Below, one piece after another: positions 32,705 to 45,995 of a stretch of 64,000 bases of DNA. The stretch lies in contig CBDFFH010000055.1 of NCBI GenBank assembly GCA_965246715.1, positions 32,001 to 96,000 on the forward strand, in the 5' to 3' direction. A program made the translations under genes and the position numbers. The stretch's first letter is position 1; each line of letters starts with the position of its first letter. The notes beneath the pieces are model-generated. The model had not been told where the DNA came from and did not search any database. It saw only the letters and a program-made list of their open reading frames with translations. The stretch comes from Chamaesiphon sp. (GTDB lineage: Bacteria; Cyanobacteriota; Cyanobacteriia; Cyanobacteriales; Chamaesiphonaceae).

Positions 32705-35500
32705 TTATGCTGCTTGGGGCTGCATTTGGGGTGAGAATTGGAACATCGAGTAAACCACATTCCGGCGAATATCGGTCATCATTTCCAAGAACATCTCATA
32801 ACCTTCTTGCTTGTATTCGATCAACGGATCTTTCTGTCCGTAACCGCGCAAACCAACCGATTCGCGCAACGCATCCATCGATTGGAGGTGTTCGCGCCAG
32901 AGGGTATCGATTTGTTGGAGGATAAAGAACCGCTCGGCTTGACGCATCAAACCAGCTTGCACCCGATCGACTTGAGTTTCCTTGATATCATAGGCGCGGC
33001 GCACTTCTTCGCGCATGAAGATTTTGATTTCTTCATAGGTCATATCTTCTAGTTGCGTAGCGGTCAGGTCGTTGAATAGATTGACAAATTCCCGCGCTTT
33101 AGCGACTAAACCTTCGATATTCCAATCTTCTGGCGGTAAGTCGGGTTCGACGTAGGCAGTGACGATATCATCCATCGTCCGCTCGGCATATTTTACTACC
33201 TGTTCTTTGAGGTCTTGGCCTTCGAGAACGCGGCGACGTTCGGCGTAGATGGCGCGACGTTGATTGTTCATCACTTCGTCGTATTCAAACACCTGTTTGC
33301 GGATGTCATAGTAATAGGTCTCGACCTTTTTCTGAGCACCTTCGAGGCTATTTGTCAACATTTTGGACTCGATCGGCATATCTTCCTCGACTCGGAAGGC
33401 ATCCATCAGACTACTGACCCGATCGCCACCGAAGATTTGCATCAACGGATCTTTTAAACTAAGGAAGAACTTCGTCGAGCCTTTGTCTCCCTGACGACCC
33501 GCCCGACCGCGCAATTGGTTATCAACCCGCCGCGATTCGTGACGCTCGGTACCGATCACATGAAGACCGCCATTCTGGAGCACCTCTTCATGTTCGACAC
33601 TTGTAAATGCATCGTATTCTTTGCGGACAGCTTTATAAGCATTCCGCAGTTTTTGGATGGCTTCGATTTCCGTTGGGGCTTTTTCGCAGGCAACGGCGAT
33701 AGTTTCTTCGGCATCGAGTTCGGACAGACTACGTTCGCCAAAGTGCCCGACGGCAAAATTCACCGCATCTTTGAGCAACCCTTCAGTCTCCTTCGAGAGT
33801 TGGGTCGGGAAAATGCTTGGGGAGGCTTTCCAAGTTTTGACTTTTTTCCCTGGCGCAAAACCTTTGCCCGAAGCTTTACTCTGTTGAGCGGCAGCAACAG
33901 TAGCGGGGCTAAAGTTGCCATCATCTTCGGGGGCGACGATGCGGGGCATAAAGTATTCCCGCAATTTGAGCCGGGCCATATAGTCGGAATTACCACCTAA
34001 GATGATATCCGTTCCGCGACCTGCCATATTCGTCGCGATCGTTACTGCACCCTTCCGTCCGGCTTGAGCGATAATTTCCGATTCCCGTTCGACGTTTTCT
34101 GGTTTGGCGTTGAGCAGTTCGTGCGGGATTTCGAGTTGGTGGAGGAGTTGAGAGAGAATCTCCGATTTTTCAATACTAGTGGTACCGACGAGTACGGGTC
34201 GTCCGGTATCGTGCATTTCCAAGCATTCTTGCGCCACGGCGCGCCATTTTGCCTCTTCCGTCTTGTAGACCACATCAGGGAAATCATAACGCTGACGCAC
34301 CCGATTGGTGGGCATCACCGTAACTTGAATTTTATAAGTTTTTTCTAGCTCTACTTCTTCGGTCTTAGCCGTCCCCGTCATCCCGCCGAGCTTGGGATAG
34401 AGCAGGAAGAAATTCTGATAGGTAATCGTTGCTAAGGTTTGAGTTTCATTCTGAATTTTGACTTTTTCCTTAGCTTCGACAGCTTGGTGCAAACCATCAC
34501 TCCAACGTCGTCCCGACAATACGCGTCCGGTAAATTCATCGACGATCGTCACTTCATCGTTCATGATGATGTAATTGACATCACGGATAAATAATTCTTT
34601 AGCCTTAATTGCATTAAAAACGTAGTGTGCCCACGGGTCGGCTTCATCGAACAGATCGGTTACACCCAATAGTCGTTCGGCTTCGGCATAACCTTCTTCA
34701 TTTAAGAGGACGTTCCGCGCCTTTTCATCGACTTCGTAGTGGGTTTCTTTATTCAATCCCCGCGCGATATCAGCAGCTTGCAAGTATTTCTCAGTCGGAC
34801 GTTCGACTTGACCGGAAATAATCAATGGAGTCCTAGCCTCATCGATTAAAATCGAGTCTACCTCATCGATAATGCAGAAGTTAAATGGACGTTGGACGAC
34901 TTCACTCATCGCCTCAGCCATATTATCGCGCAGATAGTCAAATCCTAATTCGCTGTTAGTTGCGTAGGTAACGTCGCAGTTATAGTTTTTCTTGCGTTCG
35001 GCTGGGTTCATGTCCGATTGAATCAGTCCGACAGACAACCCCAAGAAGCGGTGAACTTGGCCCATCCATTCGGCATCCCGTCGCGCCAAATAGTCATTGA
35101 CGGTAATGACGTGAACGCCTTCACCTGTGAGCGCATTCAGATACGCTGGCAAAGTTGCTACGAGTGTTTTACCCTCACCTGTCTTCATCTCAGCGATTTG
35201 CCCTTCATGCAGTACCATGCCCCCTAGCATTTGCACGTCAAAGTGACGTAATCCGAGTACTCGCTTGCCCGCTTCGCGGACGACGGCAAAGGCTTCGGGG
35301 AGGAGTTCATCGAGGATTTCTTTTTCTTCCTCAGCGTTGTTTGCCTCCTCCAATCTGCGTTTAAATTCGGTGGTTTTCCCTTCGAGTTGTTCGTCACTCA
35401 ATTTCTCGACATCTTCTTCGAGCAACGCGATCTCGGTGACGATCGGTTGATATTTCTTGAGTTTGCGTGCGTTAGGGTCACCCAGTAATCTTTTTAGCAT
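32705..35500 (-). CDS. secA: Preprotein translocase SecA
   Basis: [48 protein letters not shown]. Confidence 0.99.
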   Translation of the reverse strand: MLKRLLGDPNARKLKKYQPIVTEIALLEEDVEKLSDEQLEGKTTEFKRRLEEANNAEEEKEILDELLPEAFAVVREAGKRVLGLRHFDVQMLGGMVLHEGQIAEMKTGEGKTLVATLPAYLNALTGEGVHVITVNDYLARRDAEWMGQVHRFLGLSVGLIQSDMNPAERKKNYNCDVTYATNSELGFDYLRDNMAEAMSEVVQRPFNFCIIDEVDSILIDEARTPLIISGQVERPTEKYLQAADIARGLNKETHYEVDEKARNVLLNEEGYAEAERLLGVTDLFDEADPWAHYVFNAIKAKELFIRDVNYIIMNDEVTIVDEFTGRVLSGRRWSDGLHQAVEAKEKVKIQNETQTLATITYQNFFLLYPKLGGMTGTAKTEEVELEKTYKIQVTVMPTNRVRQRYDFPDVVYKTEEAKWRAVAQECLEMHDTGRPVLVGTTSIEKSEILSQLLHQLEIPHELLNAKPENVERESEIIAQAGRKGAVTIATNMAGRGTDIILGGNSDYMARLKLREYFMPRIVAPEDDGNFSPATVAAAQQSKASGKGFAPGKKVKTWKASPSIFPTQLSKETEGLLKDAVNFAVGHFGERSLSELDAEETIAVACEKAPTEIEAIQKLRNAYKAVRKEYDAFTSVEHEEVLQNGGLHVIGTERHESRRVDNQLRGRAGRQGDKGSTKFFLSLKDPLMQIFGGDRVSSLMDAFRVEEDMPIESKMLTNSLEGAQKKVETYYYDIRKQVFEYDEVMNNQRRAIYAERRRVLEGQDLKEQVVKYAERTMDDIVTAYVEPDLPPEDWNIEGLVAKAREFVNLFNDLTATQLEDMTYEEIKIFMREEVRRAYDIKETQVDRVQAGLMRQAERFFILQQIDTLWREHLQSMDALRESVGLRGYGQKDPLIEYKQEGYEMFLEMMTDIRRNVVYSMFQFSPQMQPQAA

Positions 35501-35747
35501 AGGAGGCAAGCGATAAGGGAGTTCGATCTAATAATTTATGAGTGAAGCAGTATTAAATCTTCACATCTTTTATATTCTTATTTATTTATGGTATCATCAG
35601 CCGCTGGTTTGTGGGTGCGGTATGCCGAATGCCTGGCGGCGATCCGCTATAGGATCGAGATCGACGGGAGCAGGAGATGCGAAGGGAAGTGGGGGACGAG
35701 TCGATCGGATCGAATCAGAAAACAACTATCTTGCTGTTGGTAAGATC

Positions 35748-36116
35748 TTAAACAGTTGTATTCGTCGTTGAAGCGGGCTGCTCTTGGGAAATCTTGAGGT
35801 GTCTGGCGAGGAGAAAGAGCGGAAAGGTAACGCTAATCGCAATTAGCGGCGATAGCAGCACATAAAGCCACAGATAACGCACTCCCACCCGCCGCCCTTC
35901 GATAAACATGAAGATACTAGCAGCGGTTCCTAGTAAAAATAGGTCATTGGCAAGCGAAGCAGCGGCAGCATTTGCATAGGCAGCACGACCAAAATCTATG
36001 ATGGAATTGTTGTTAGGCTGACTCATAAAGGCAATATTATTAATCCAGGTAGCTGGTAAAGCTGCTAAGGCAATCAGCCCGTATGTCGCACAAATAAGTT
36101 TATCTTTGGTGTTCAT
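35748..36116 (-). CDS. DUF2834-like membrane protein
   Basis: AASLANDL...EGRRVGVRYLWLY...IAISVTFPLFLLAR. Confidence 0.75.
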   Translation of the reverse strand: MNTKDKLICATYGLIALAALPATWINNIAFMSQPNNNSIIDFGRAAYANAAAASLANDLFLLGTAASIFMFIEGRRVGVRYLWLYVLLSPLIAISVTFPLFLLARHLKISQEQPASTTNTTV

Positions 36117-36144
36117 GATTAATATCGCTCGAACCGATCGATTA

Positions 36145-38138
36145 CTAATTATCACCTAAAAGAATGTGTCGCAATCGCGGGGTAGATGGCGCGAATAGTG
36201 GATGAGATCGATCGCTAAATTCAGGATTGTATAATCCTTCTTGCTCTTGAATTGTTGCGATCGTCTCAGCTCCTCGATAGGAATGAATTTGACGTACTGC
36301 CGACCATAAATGAGGTATGAGACCTAACTTGCCCAAGTTATGGAATTGAATAGCAATCCAACCATAGAAGATATCCAGATCGGGAAGAAAGCTTAAGAGA
36401 ACTGACATTGCTCGTTCCGTACCAATTTCCGCTAGTGAAAGTACTGCCTGGTCGATATCATCATAGCTGTCGTTAGCTTCAAGAATTTCTTGGAGAGCTG
36501 CAATACCTAAATCGCTACCAAAGAAGCTAGTTCTAATAACATAGGAAATATCACTGTATTTCCTAAATCAACCATAATGTTAACTGCGGCTTGTCGAATC
36601 TCAAATTCTGGATCGTGCATTAGTTTGAGTAAAATAGGTACGATCGAATCATCACTAATCTGACTGAGATTTCCTGTAGTACCTGGTTGTATGTCCTGTT
36701 TTAAATATGTTACAAACTCTGGCAGATTGATTGATTGAATCTGTATTGGATTGTCACTACTTAAAATTTTAGAAGTATGACTAATTTCACCCAATAAGCT
36801 AATTCTCAATTCATGCTCATCTGGTTCCGAATCAAATAATAAATCGATAATGCGATCGCGGACTTCTCGACTGGGATGAGTAGCATTCTTTATGAGAATT
36901 TGTTTGGTATCAGAAATACATCGATCGATTAATTCCGGGGTGATATCTAGATTCTCAGAATAATAGCCTCTTAATATCATATTAATCCTTTCCCTGATAC
37001 AAGCAACAATTTTTAGTTGTACATCTAGATCTGGATCGGCAATCGCATTTAATAAAATTGTCATATTTCGATCGACAACAGGTATATGCCAATCACTTAC
37101 AGCAATAGCCGCCCGTTTTCGGATAGCCGGATCGTAGCTTTGAATCGCACATTCTAAAGCTGTCAAAGTACGATCGCAATCTAGCTTAAATAGAAGTTCG
37201 ACAATCTTATCAACTGGGGTATAACCATCACCAGAATTTGATATCCAATACATCGATCGATGCAGCAAATCAAACACTTTATTTCCACCGATACGTTCGA
37301 GTGCATCGATCGCCTGATAAGACAAATTCGTTACTTCATTTGCATAATATTCTTCACTCTCTGGATAATCAGTCGAGCGATGAATATATAGATCTGGTTC
37401 ATACAGTAGGTAGATTAGATGCTCTACCATTGCCGGATCTGCTACAATCCCTAGTACATAAATATAAGGTGATTGCAACCAGAGAGATCTATCCTCTAAA
37501 ACCTCTCGAATTTTATTAATTGCTTCATCCGTCCCAATTCTCTCTAAAGCTTCTATTGCTAAATGTTTGCTATCCCACTCACTAGTAAGATATTTATCTT
37601 TCAATAAAGGTGCCAATAGTTCGATCTCTTCTTCAGAAGCTAATCTTGCTAAATGTTCTGCTGCATTGCGATACCAGCGAGAATCAGATAAATCTTCGAT
37701 TAGTAAAGCAATAGCTAAATCTCGATCTATACAACTAATCGCTCCTATCGCGGATGAAATCGTTCGCTCCCCATCCCGATTGTTGGACTGTCGATGCTTG
37801 AAAATGAAAATATCTTGTAGATAGGGTAATGCTGCTTTAGACTTGGTTCTGCACCATAGACTAATTTTGAGAGTAGTGGGAATTTCTAATAGATCGATCC
37901 AATCGACGATAGTTTTCTGTAATTCTGGGTCGATCGATGCTGTCAATTTAGCACCTAGAAAGAGATCTACTTCTAAGGCAAGATTGACGATTCTTAATGC
38001 CAAATCTGGATCGGTTATCTGAGTTAAGAGAGTGGCAATTTCGGCGGTGCGATCGAGATGATTGAGATAATTAGATTGTAGCTCTCGATCGGTTAGCTGA
38101 CTGAGAAGCGAAATTGTGAGTGGAGGATAGATAGTCAT
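36145..38138 (-). pseudogene. HEAT/PBS-lyase repeat protein, frameshifted near 36520
   Basis: The 543-aa frame stops at 36507. Another frame continues FGSDLGIAALQEIL...AVLSLAEIGTERAMSVLL...IQEQEGLYNPEF to the stop at 36145. Confidence 0.78.
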
Positions 38139-38267
38139 TAGACATTTAGGAATTCTCCATTAGACACGACAATCTCAATATAACACCTGTCTAAGATGAC
38201 TCGATCGGTTAGTATTGCAACCGATCGCTAACAGCAATTATTACGCTCTCAGATTGCGGGAGAGCGC

Positions 38268-38987
38268 TTAAGCTTGAGGATCGTTACCAAAAAATTCTGC
38301 CATTGCCACTACATTTTCATTCTGACTGATGCCTTCTTGCTTGAAGACTTTCTTTACCGTCAATAGCAAGATTTTAAAGTCCAACCACAGACTCCAGTTA
38401 TCGACATACCACAGATCCAATTTAAATTTTTCATCCCAAGTGAGCGCATTGCGTCCGTTCACCTGTGCCCATCCGGTAATCCCTGGCTGCACGTCATGAC
38501 GACGAGCTTGCTCGGCATTATAGCGGGGGAGATATCTTACCAATAACGGACGCGGGCCGACAAAACTCATATCGCCGATCAGCACGTTCCACAGTTGCGG
38601 TAGCTCGTCTAAACTCGCTTTTCGCAAAAATTGACCCAAGGGAATCAACCGCTCCTCATCCGAGAGTAAATTTCCATCAGCATCGCAGTCGCTAGTCATC
38701 GTGCGAAACTTATAGACGGTAAAAATTTTGCTATCTTTACCAGGACGCGCTTGTGTAAATACGATCGGACTGCCCATCCGAATCTTTAAGACGATCGCGA
38801 CAACGATTAAAATTGGCGAGAATAGCAATAATAACACTGCTGCCATCAATCGATCGAGGATTGCTTTAATCCCTCGACTGATAGCTACCACCGGACTACG
38901 GGAAGAATTTTGGTTCATTGTCACTCTAATTCCATCTTTGACTGCGATCGCATCGATCTTATCTCTCATTTTCGCGTTGAGTGACAC
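38268..38987 (-). CDS. Sugar transferase (PglC/WcaJ-type phosphoglycosyltransferase)
   Basis: [42 protein letters not shown]; true start may be 38918. Confidence 0.93.
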   Translation of the reverse strand: MSLNAKMRDKIDAIAVKDGIRVTMNQNSSRSPVVAISRGIKAILDRLMAAVLLLLFSPILIVVAIVLKIRMGSPIVFTQARPGKDSKIFTVYKFRTMTSDCDADGNLLSDEERLIPLGQFLRKASLDELPQLWNVLIGDMSFVGPRPLLVRYLPRYNAEQARRHDVQPGITGWAQVNGRNALTWDEKFKLDLWYVDNWSLWLDFKILLLTVKKVFKQEGISQNENVVAMAEFFGNDPQA

Positions 38988-39106
38988 TAAAGTGTTACCA
39001 GCTCTCGATCTTTGCGATATTTTGCTTACGCCAAGAAGCGATCGAGTTTTGAGGCTTTAAGCTTTAGGGACGAAGGGATTCGTCAATCCGCAATCCACAA
39101 TCCAAA

Positions 39107-42100
39107 TCAGCCTGTATTCCGCATTCCCGCTGCAATGCCATTAATCGTTAACAGTGCGCCGTCTAGCAACTCTTTCTTGCTATAACGGGAGTAGATCATC
39201 CCAGCCCCACCATGCTGGCGGAGACGTTTGAGCAATGAAACTTGCAAAAATCCCAAGGGGACGATACTCCCATTTCGCAGTTGGATCGATCGTTGGAGTT
39301 CGGGATTATCGTCCAGCAACCGTTCGTGTCCAGAGATTCTCAGTACCAAATCGCAGACGAGGCGATATTCTTGCGCGATCAGATCGAACAGCGTCAAGAA
39401 GCGTTCTTTGTCTTCTGGGTGTGAAAGTTCGTCCACATAGTGATGGGCGATGAGCAAATCGACTTTGGAAATGGTCATCTCCACTTTGGAGATGGCCATC
39501 CGAAAGAACGGCCACTTCCGGTAAAAGCCTTGAAGTAACTCGAAATTTTGCTCGGGATCTTCGGCAACAAATTCCTGGAGCGCCGTACCGACACCATACC
39601 AAGACGGCAGGAGAAAGCGGCTTTGCGTCCAGCTAAATACCCAGGGAATCGCACGCAGACTGGCTAAATCGCGTTTGCCACCGCGTCGAGCGGGACGGGA
39701 ACTGATTTGCAGGTGACTGATTTCATCGATCGGGGTTACCTGATGAAAGAAGTCGACCAAATCGGGGCGATCGTATACTAGCGCCCGATAGTGACGGCGC
39801 GATCGCGCTGAAAGATCTTCCATCACTTCATTCCAAGGCTCGATGTCATCGACGCTACCGAACATCAGGCTGGTTTTAATGACCGCACTGGCTACCTGTT
39901 CGAGGTTATAGAGGGCGAGTTCGGGTAGGGAATATTTGGAGGCTAGGACTTCACCTTGTTCGGTGATCTTGATCCGCCCGTTAATACTCTGCCCTGGTTG
40001 GGCTAAAATCGCCTCATGAGAGGGGCCGCCGCCCCGGCCGACACTGCCACCCCGTCCGTGAAAAATTCGCAGTTTGACAGCGTATTTCTCGGCGATCGAT
40101 TGCAGCGCTTTTTGGGCTTTGTGAATTTCCCAGTTACTACTCAAGAAACCTGCGTCTTTATTGCTGTCTGAATAGCCCAACATCACTTCTTGGAGGTTGA
40201 GTACCAACCCTGGAATTGCCGTCGCTGGATCGGGCTGATAGCCGCCACCTAACGCCGATCGATACAGCGGCAATTCAAATAAAGATTGCATCACGCTCGG
40301 CGCTTTTTGGAGATCCTCAACGGTTTCGAATAGCGGTACCACCTGTAGACTGGTAATTCCAGTTGCCGGATCGTATAATCCAGCTTCCTTAGCCAGTAGC
40401 AGCACTTCGAGGATGTCACTGACATCCCGATTCATACTGATGATATAGGTTTGGCAGATTTCGGGACCAAATTCCTGATGTAGTCGGCGCAGCATCCGGA
40501 ACGTTTCGATCGTTTCGGTAGTTTTGGCTGAGAATGGCAACTCACCAGGAATCAATGGTCGCCGGGTTTGCAGCTCGCTCGCCAACCACTTGACGCGGTC
40601 TTCCTCCGCTAGTTCGTGATAGGGTTGGGGTAAAACTTGGAGGTATTCGGCAATTTCAGAGATCGTGTCGGCATGACGACTGCTTTCTTGGCGGATATCT
40701 AGTTGGGCGAGATTGAAACCATAAATTTCGACCTGACAGATCAGGGTTTCTAAGGCTTGGCAGGTCAAACCAGTTTGACTCAAACTCAGGCGAATCAAAT
40801 ATAATTCTTTGAGAAATTCTGCTCCCGAATGGTAACAGGTATGCGGATTGAGATCGGCTTTGGGTAGTTTGAGACTATCCCAGTCCGCGACTTGCCGACT
40901 GCGATCGAGAGTATTCGACAGTCGATTGACGATGTAGGCCAGTTTGAGGCGGTAGGGTTCCTGACGATAGCGAATCGCCCACTGTTCGTAGATATCGGGA
41001 AAATGCGCCTTGTCTTGTTCGAGCGATTCTAATAAATCTGGTAAAACGTTACTCCAATGTAGTGAGAGACTCAGCGAATTACTTAACTCTTTAGTACATT
41101 TAATATACTTTTTCAGGACGATGCCCCGCTGGTAGCAAGCAGTTTGCCAGGTAATTTTGGGCGTAACGGAGGGATTGCCATCGCGATCGGAACCTACCCA
41201 CGAGCCAAACCGACAGAAGCGATTGCTTGGGGGATTGAGATGGGGAAATGACTGTTTCAGTGCAGAATTCAGCCGTTGGGACAGTTGAGGAATCGCATCG
41301 AATAACACTTCCTCAAAATAGTGGAGCGTATAATCGACTTCATCGAGTACGGTCGGTTTGAATTGATGTAATTCGTCCGTCCGCCACCACAACAGGATCT
41401 CTTCTAATAATTGTCCTTCTAATTCTTTGACTTCCCAGGATGATTCGATCCCCAGCCGTGCCATGTCCTCCTCGGCCCGATCGAGTTTTTCGAGGATTTT
41501 AGCAACGTGTCGTTGCTTGTCTCTAATCGTATGTCGGACGATTTCGGTGGGATGAGCGGTAAATACCAGCCCGATATCCAACTCATCTAACAATCTTTGC
41601 AGCTGTTGGGGCGGAATTCCGGCTGCTTTAAGCAATGGAAATAGCGCGATAAAGGTACCACGATCTTTTGGGGGGATGGAGGAAGCCTGCCAATTTTTTT
41701 CGAGCAGCCCCGAGCCTAATGGCCCGCCGATCTCTTTAAACAAGTCAGTATTGGAAGTTGCTGCGGCAGAATTCGTATACTGGAGCGACAACTTGAGCGC
41801 CAGTTTTTGCTCGACTTGTTCGTAGTGTTGCTCGACAATATTAATCAACTGAAAATATAGTGCAAAGGCACGGGCAGCCCGAATCGCATCTTTAAGATCG
41901 AGTTTTTCGATCGTTTGGTGAACTTTGCCCGGTAACGGCTCTACCGCACTACCATCGGACGAGCACATCTCGCGTAACTGGTTGAGCAAATTGACGAGAT
42001 CTTGCCCGCAAGCATCCCGTAATACTCTTTCCCACAAGTCTTCAATTACTTTGAGGCGATGGTTGAGTAGTAAATTGTTAGTAGATGTGGGGATCGAGTC

Positions 42101-42130
42101 TGGTTCCGAGAGGTGGGCTAGCGGATGCAT
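39107..42130 (-). CDS. ppc: Phosphoenolpyruvate carboxylase
   Basis: [33 protein letters not shown]-terminal MRNTG. Confidence 0.99.
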   Translation of the reverse strand: MHPLAHLSEPDSIPTSTNNLLLNHRLKVIEDLWERVLRDACGQDLVNLLNQLREMCSSDGSAVEPLPGKVHQTIEKLDLKDAIRAARAFALYFQLINIVEQHYEQVEQKLALKLSLQYTNSAAATSNTDLFKEIGGPLGSGLLEKNWQASSIPPKDRGTFIALFPLLKAAGIPPQQLQRLLDELDIGLVFTAHPTEIVRHTIRDKQRHVAKILEKLDRAEEDMARLGIESSWEVKELEGQLLEEILLWWRTDELHQFKPTVLDEVDYTLHYFEEVLFDAIPQLSQRLNSALKQSFPHLNPPSNRFCRFGSWVGSDRDGNPSVTPKITWQTACYQRGIVLKKYIKCTKELSNSLSLSLHWSNVLPDLLESLEQDKAHFPDIYEQWAIRYRQEPYRLKLAYIVNRLSNTLDRSRQVADWDSLKLPKADLNPHTCYHSGAEFLKELYLIRLSLSQTGLTCQALETLICQVEIYGFNLAQLDIRQESSRHADTISEIAEYLQVLPQPYHELAEEDRVKWLASELQTRRPLIPGELPFSAKTTETIETFRMLRRLHQEFGPEICQTYIISMNRDVSDILEVLLLAKEAGLYDPATGITSLQVVPLFETVEDLQKAPSVMQSLFELPLYRSALGGGYQPDPATAIPGLVLNLQEVMLGYSDSNKDAGFLSSNWEIHKAQKALQSIAEKYAVKLRIFHGRGGSVGRGGGPSHEAILAQPGQSINGRIKITEQGEVLASKYSLPELALYNLEQVASAVIKTSLMFGSVDDIEPWNEVMEDLSARSRRHYRALVYDRPDLVDFFHQVTPIDEISHLQISSRPARRGGKRDLASLRAIPWVFSWTQSRFLLPSWYGVGTALQEFVAEDPEQNFELLQGFYRKWPFFRMAISKVEMTISKVDLLIAHHYVDELSHPEDKERFLTLFDLIAQEYRLVCDLVLRISGHERLLDDNPELQRSIQLRNGSIVPLGFLQVSLLKRLRQHGGAGMIYSRYSKKELLDGALLTINGIAAGMRNTG

Positions 42131-42195
42131 ATAACAATTGCTCGCGGGGTGGAAGTGGGAAGGAAATATTGAAGCTGGCTTGGTGAATCCAGTTA

Positions 42196-42429
42196 TTAAG
42201 AATCTTCACTTGGAAAATGGATGACTGGCAATCGATCGCCACGAAAAATTTCTTCACTAGTCACACCGATGCGTTCGAGCACTTCGCTCGTCGCTCGAAT
42301 AGCCACGAGCGCTAGCAAGCAAGGCGTAGCAGCTAGACTTACCAATAAAGACGGTGTGACCAGCTGTGATGCGCCAGTGCTAGCAGATCGTGCCGATCTC
42401 GATCGCTCGGGAGATGGTGTGACTGACAT
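42196..42429 (-). CDS. Small conserved cyanobacterial hypothetical protein
   Basis: Hydrophobic segment and [11 protein letters not shown] motif; co-oriented upstream of ppc. Confidence 0.7.
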   Translation of the reverse strand: MSVTPSPERSRSARSASTGASQLVTPSLLVSLAATPCLLALVAIRATSEVLERIGVTSEEIFRGDRLPVIHFPSEDS

Positions 42430-42955
42430 AGTAACGCTCCTAAAAATTGCAGATAAGCTAATTTTAGCCGTTCTGCGTCCTTTGCTAACTAGATTGAGGA
42501 CTCAGACTCTAGCCTTTATATGATAATCGAGTTGCGGAATCCCTGTTTGCCACAATCGGCACAATAATCGCGCACCTGCATCGGGATCCGGTTTGCAAGA
42601 TCGCGATCGCGGCGATCTCAGCAGCAGACGTGCGAGTTTTAGCAATTTCTTCAGCTTGGATGCAATGTCAATCTGGCGTTAGATGCCACTTTTTCTAATT
42701 AGATCCTCCCCTGGCAAAATAAAACTGTAACAGATGTTAATTCTGGTAGGTTGTTGCGGGTAATTTAAGTAGGAGAGGAATTCAATATTTAAATGATTTC
42801 GGATCCATTGTCGAGCTAGCTTGCCAACAAGCTGTGATTCGAGCGGTAGTTAAAGCTACTTCGGATCTGGCCTCTAAGTGAGTTTTCTGCTTGTCCACCC
42901 CGTTTTCGCTGCTTTTTCTGAGTGGCATATTCTAGGCTATGAGTAACAAATCTAT

Positions 42956-44068
42956 ATGCTTAATCGATTAAAAGATCTATTTCCCAGTCGCGGTAGTGGA
43001 GTGGCGATCGAACTTGGATCCGAACGGATCAATATTGCCCAACTCCACAAAAAAGGTGCCGAACTCTCCATCAAACATTTATGTTCTGCGGAAGTTCCCG
43101 AAGGAATTTTTGAGGAAGGGCGCATTGTCAATCCCCAAGAGTTGGGAGCATTGATTAGTGCGACTCTGAGCGAAAACAAAATTAAAGCAACTCATGCGGT
43201 CGCCTCCGTACCGATGCGAGAAGCGGTAATTAGGGTGATTCCTCTCCCCGCTGAATTAAACGATCGCGAAGTCCGCGATCTGATTCTCAATCACGAGGCA
43301 GCACTCTACCTACCTTACCCCCGCGAGGAAGTCGATCTCGACTATCAAAAACTCGATTTAGTTACCGACGAAGACGGGTTGGATAAAGTCCAAGTGATGC
43401 TAGCCGCAACCCGCAAAGAAGTCACCGATAGTTATATCGAAACGTTTCAATATGCTGGATTACCGGTAAAAGTACTCGAAATTAGCAGTTTTGCATTGCT
43501 GCGGACGATCAAAGAGCAACTCCGTCAATTCGCACCGAATGAAGCAGTAGTTTTAATCGATATCGAGTTTGACTGTACTGAAATAGCGATCGTGGTCAAT
43601 GGCATACCTCAATTCAATCGTACCGTCCCGATCGGTACGTTCCAACTACAAGAAGCCCTGAGCAGTGCGATGAATCTCCCGGTCAACCGGAGTGCGGACG
43701 TATTACAGGATATCACCATTCCCGACCTTGATATCAGCAGCCTTAACCATAGCGCTACGATGACCAATATTAATCCGGGGATGGCAGCAATGCGACGGAT
43801 TTTGTCAGAACTCGCTGATGAAGTGCGCCGCTCGATCGAATTTTACATGAGTCATAACGGTCAAGACCTCAAACTCGAACAATTATTGCTAGCAGGCCCT
43901 GGCGGTGGTTTGGGACAACTCGATCTATTCTTTACCAAAAGATTGAGTATCGCGACCACTCAAGTCGATCCGGTGGCTGGATTGGGGTTAGAGCCAGAAA
44001 TAGATATCCCGATCGGCCAACGACCTGGGCTGGGAGTAGTTTTAGGACTAGGAATGCGTGAGGTATAA
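42956..44068 (+). CDS. pilM: Type IV pilus assembly protein PilM
   Basis: Actin-like fold motifs; LYLPYPREEVDLDYQ; first gene of pilMNOQ. Confidence 0.95.
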   Translation: MLNRLKDLFPSRGSGVAIELGSERINIAQLHKKGAELSIKHLCSAEVPEGIFEEGRIVNPQELGALISATLSENKIKATHAVASVPMREAVIRVIPLPAELNDREVRDLILNHEAALYLPYPREEVDLDYQKLDLVTDEDGLDKVQVMLAATRKEVTDSYIETFQYAGLPVKVLEISSFALLRTIKEQLRQFAPNEAVVLIDIEFDCTEIAIVVNGIPQFNRTVPIGTFQLQEALSSAMNLPVNRSADVLQDITIPDLDISSLNHSATMTNINPGMAAMRRILSELADEVRRSIEFYMSHNGQDLKLEQLLLAGPGGGLGQLDLFFTKRLSIATTQVDPVAGLGLEPEIDIPIGQRPGLGVVLGLGMREV

Positions 44069-44071
44069 CAT

Positions 44072-45046
44072 ATGTACAGTTTAGATATCAATTTACTCAA
44101 CGAACGCGCTGGGTTTCAAACAGGCAAAGAAAGCAGTTTTAGCGATGGCAGCACCATTTCAGTTGCTACCGATAAGTATGGCAAAGCACCACTATATATC
44201 GGTGCTAGCGCCGCAGCCTTAAGCCTGCTCGCGATTGGCGGCGGCTGGTTGTGGACTGGTCAGCAGACAGCTCAGCTTGAAGTCAAGCAGAAAGACTTAG
44301 ATAGTAAATTAGGCAATCTCAAGACGCAAGAGCAACGACTGCTACAAGTAACCACTCAAGTAGACCAAGTTACCGGCGAATCAAAGTCTTTAGCTAGCGT
44401 GTTCGATCGAGTGCAACCACTATCGGCTGTGTTACAAGACTTGCGAGAGAGTACGCCGCAGGGCATTGAAATTGATTCGATCGTTCAAGGTGAATCTAAA
44501 GTTGAGGTTCCCGCTGCTGCCACACCAGCTACCACCGCCCCTAGTAACGGCGGCTTAATTAGCAAAATCTCCACCCCACCCAATCCAGAAGCTAAGCCTT
44601 CTCCTAGCCCCACGCCTAGTGCTAGTCCGACAGCAGCTACCACACCTCCTGCTGGCACTACAGCTTCAGCGTCAGCTGTGACTACACCCACAGCGACGAC
44701 TACCCTTCCAGCTGATGTCCCGACAACCAAACTAGTAATTTCAGGTAAAGCTAAATCCTTCGATGATGTAAATAACTTCATCTTGACACTCAAACAGTCA
44801 GCATTTTTTAATCCCGACGATATTCAACTGAATAGTGCGAAGTTGACAACAGCGCTCGAACTGACAAAGCTTGATGGAGACGATAAAACTAAATTGGTAC
44901 TTCCTAGATTAGTTGGCTATCAAATTACTACCTCACTCAAACGCGTCCCGTCTGCCGATCTACTCCGGGAATTGGAGCGTAAGGGAGCGGTCGGATTGGT
45001 AACTCGACTCAAAACTTTAAAACAACAGCAGAGTGTTAAACCATGA
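44072..45046 (+). CDS. pilN: Type IV pilus assembly protein PilN
   Basis: MYSLDINLL N-terminal motif, TM, coiled coil, SFDDVNNFILTL. Confidence 0.92.
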   Translation: MYSLDINLLNERAGFQTGKESSFSDGSTISVATDKYGKAPLYIGASAAALSLLAIGGGWLWTGQQTAQLEVKQKDLDSKLGNLKTQEQRLLQVTTQVDQVTGESKSLASVFDRVQPLSAVLQDLRESTPQGIEIDSIVQGESKVEVPAAATPATTAPSNGGLISKISTPPNPEAKPSPSPTPSASPTAATTPPAGTTASASAVTTPTATTTLPADVPTTKLVISGKAKSFDDVNNFILTLKQSAFFNPDDIQLNSAKLTTALELTKLDGDDKTKLVLPRLVGYQITTSLKRVPSADLLRELERKGAVGLVTRLKTLKQQQSVKP

Positions 45047-45810
45047 CATATAGTAGCGACTTAATTGATAGCGACCTGGCAACTAATACATCATTTATTG
45101 CTGCCCCAGCCTACCCATCAATTTTCGGTATTACCTTTAGTCCGATCGTTAGTGGGTCTTGTTTAGCCGCTGTTGGTGGCTTGATATCCGCATATATATA
45201 TTTGAGTTTGCTGCAACCACAACTGGCTAAAAATCAGGAGTTGGAAACCAAGCTATCCGAAACCCAAAAGCAAATCGATATTCGCAAGGATAATGCCATC
45301 AAAATTGCTGCTGCAGAAAAAAATCTCGATCTCGTCAACTCACAGAAACAAGTAATTTTGGGTTTATTTGCTAGCGACAAAAAGTTAGATACCTTACTCC
45401 TCGACTTAAATAAATTAATCAATATCCGCCAAGGTCAATTGCAAGAATTTGTACCAGCGACATCCGTTGCGGGGATCGGGAGTAGTGGTGCGACGATCGT
45501 TAAAGATGGCTCGCTGGGTGCCGCTTTAGATAACAAACTCAAAGCCAAAAACGTGACGATCTCTCTCAAAGGTAATTTCGAGCAAGTTCAATCGATCATG
45601 AGGACGATCGAAAGATTGGATCAATTACTGATTGTCAAAGATTTCCAAGCGATCGTGCCATCTCAGCCAGTTGCTGTCGATGCTCAAGGGAAAACGATCC
45701 CGCTACCCGCACCAACGATCCAAACCTCGTTCAAGCTGCAAGCGTTGATCCCTCTAACCGCCGCAGAGCAGGCTGCGGCAACACCGCCCCCAGCACCAGT
45801 TAAAAAATAA
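45043..45810 (+). CDS. pilO: Type IV pilus assembly protein PilO
   Basis: TM + coiled coil, LDTLLLDLN, GNFEQVQSIMRTIERL; ATGA overlap with pilN. Confidence 0.88.
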   Translation: MTYSSDLIDSDLATNTSFIAAPAYPSIFGITFSPIVSGSCLAAVGGLISAYIYLSLLQPQLAKNQELETKLSETQKQIDIRKDNAIKIAAAEKNLDLVNSQKQVILGLFASDKKLDTLLLDLNKLINIRQGQLQEFVPATSVAGIGSSGATIVKDGSLGAALDNKLKAKNVTISLKGNFEQVQSIMRTIERLDQLLIVKDFQAIVPSQPVAVDAQGKTIPLPAPTIQTSFKLQALIPLTAAEQAAATPPPAPVKK

Positions 45811-45995
45811 ATATCGTTCTTAGCAACTAGATATTTTTGGTAAGGCAGGAGGCCGGAGAGCGAGGAATAAGCTAATTTTTCATCGCTGTTCTCACCCCAA
45901 CTTACACGCCTTTTACCAAACATAAGATGCTCTAGCCGCACGACAATCGATCGTTAATAACCCCGTCAATATTTTCCCGGAGTAGGAGATTTAAA

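Noticed and set aside
42726..42741. NtcA-like site upstream of pilM
   Set aside because: GTA-N8-TAA does not match the GTA-N8-TAC consensus.
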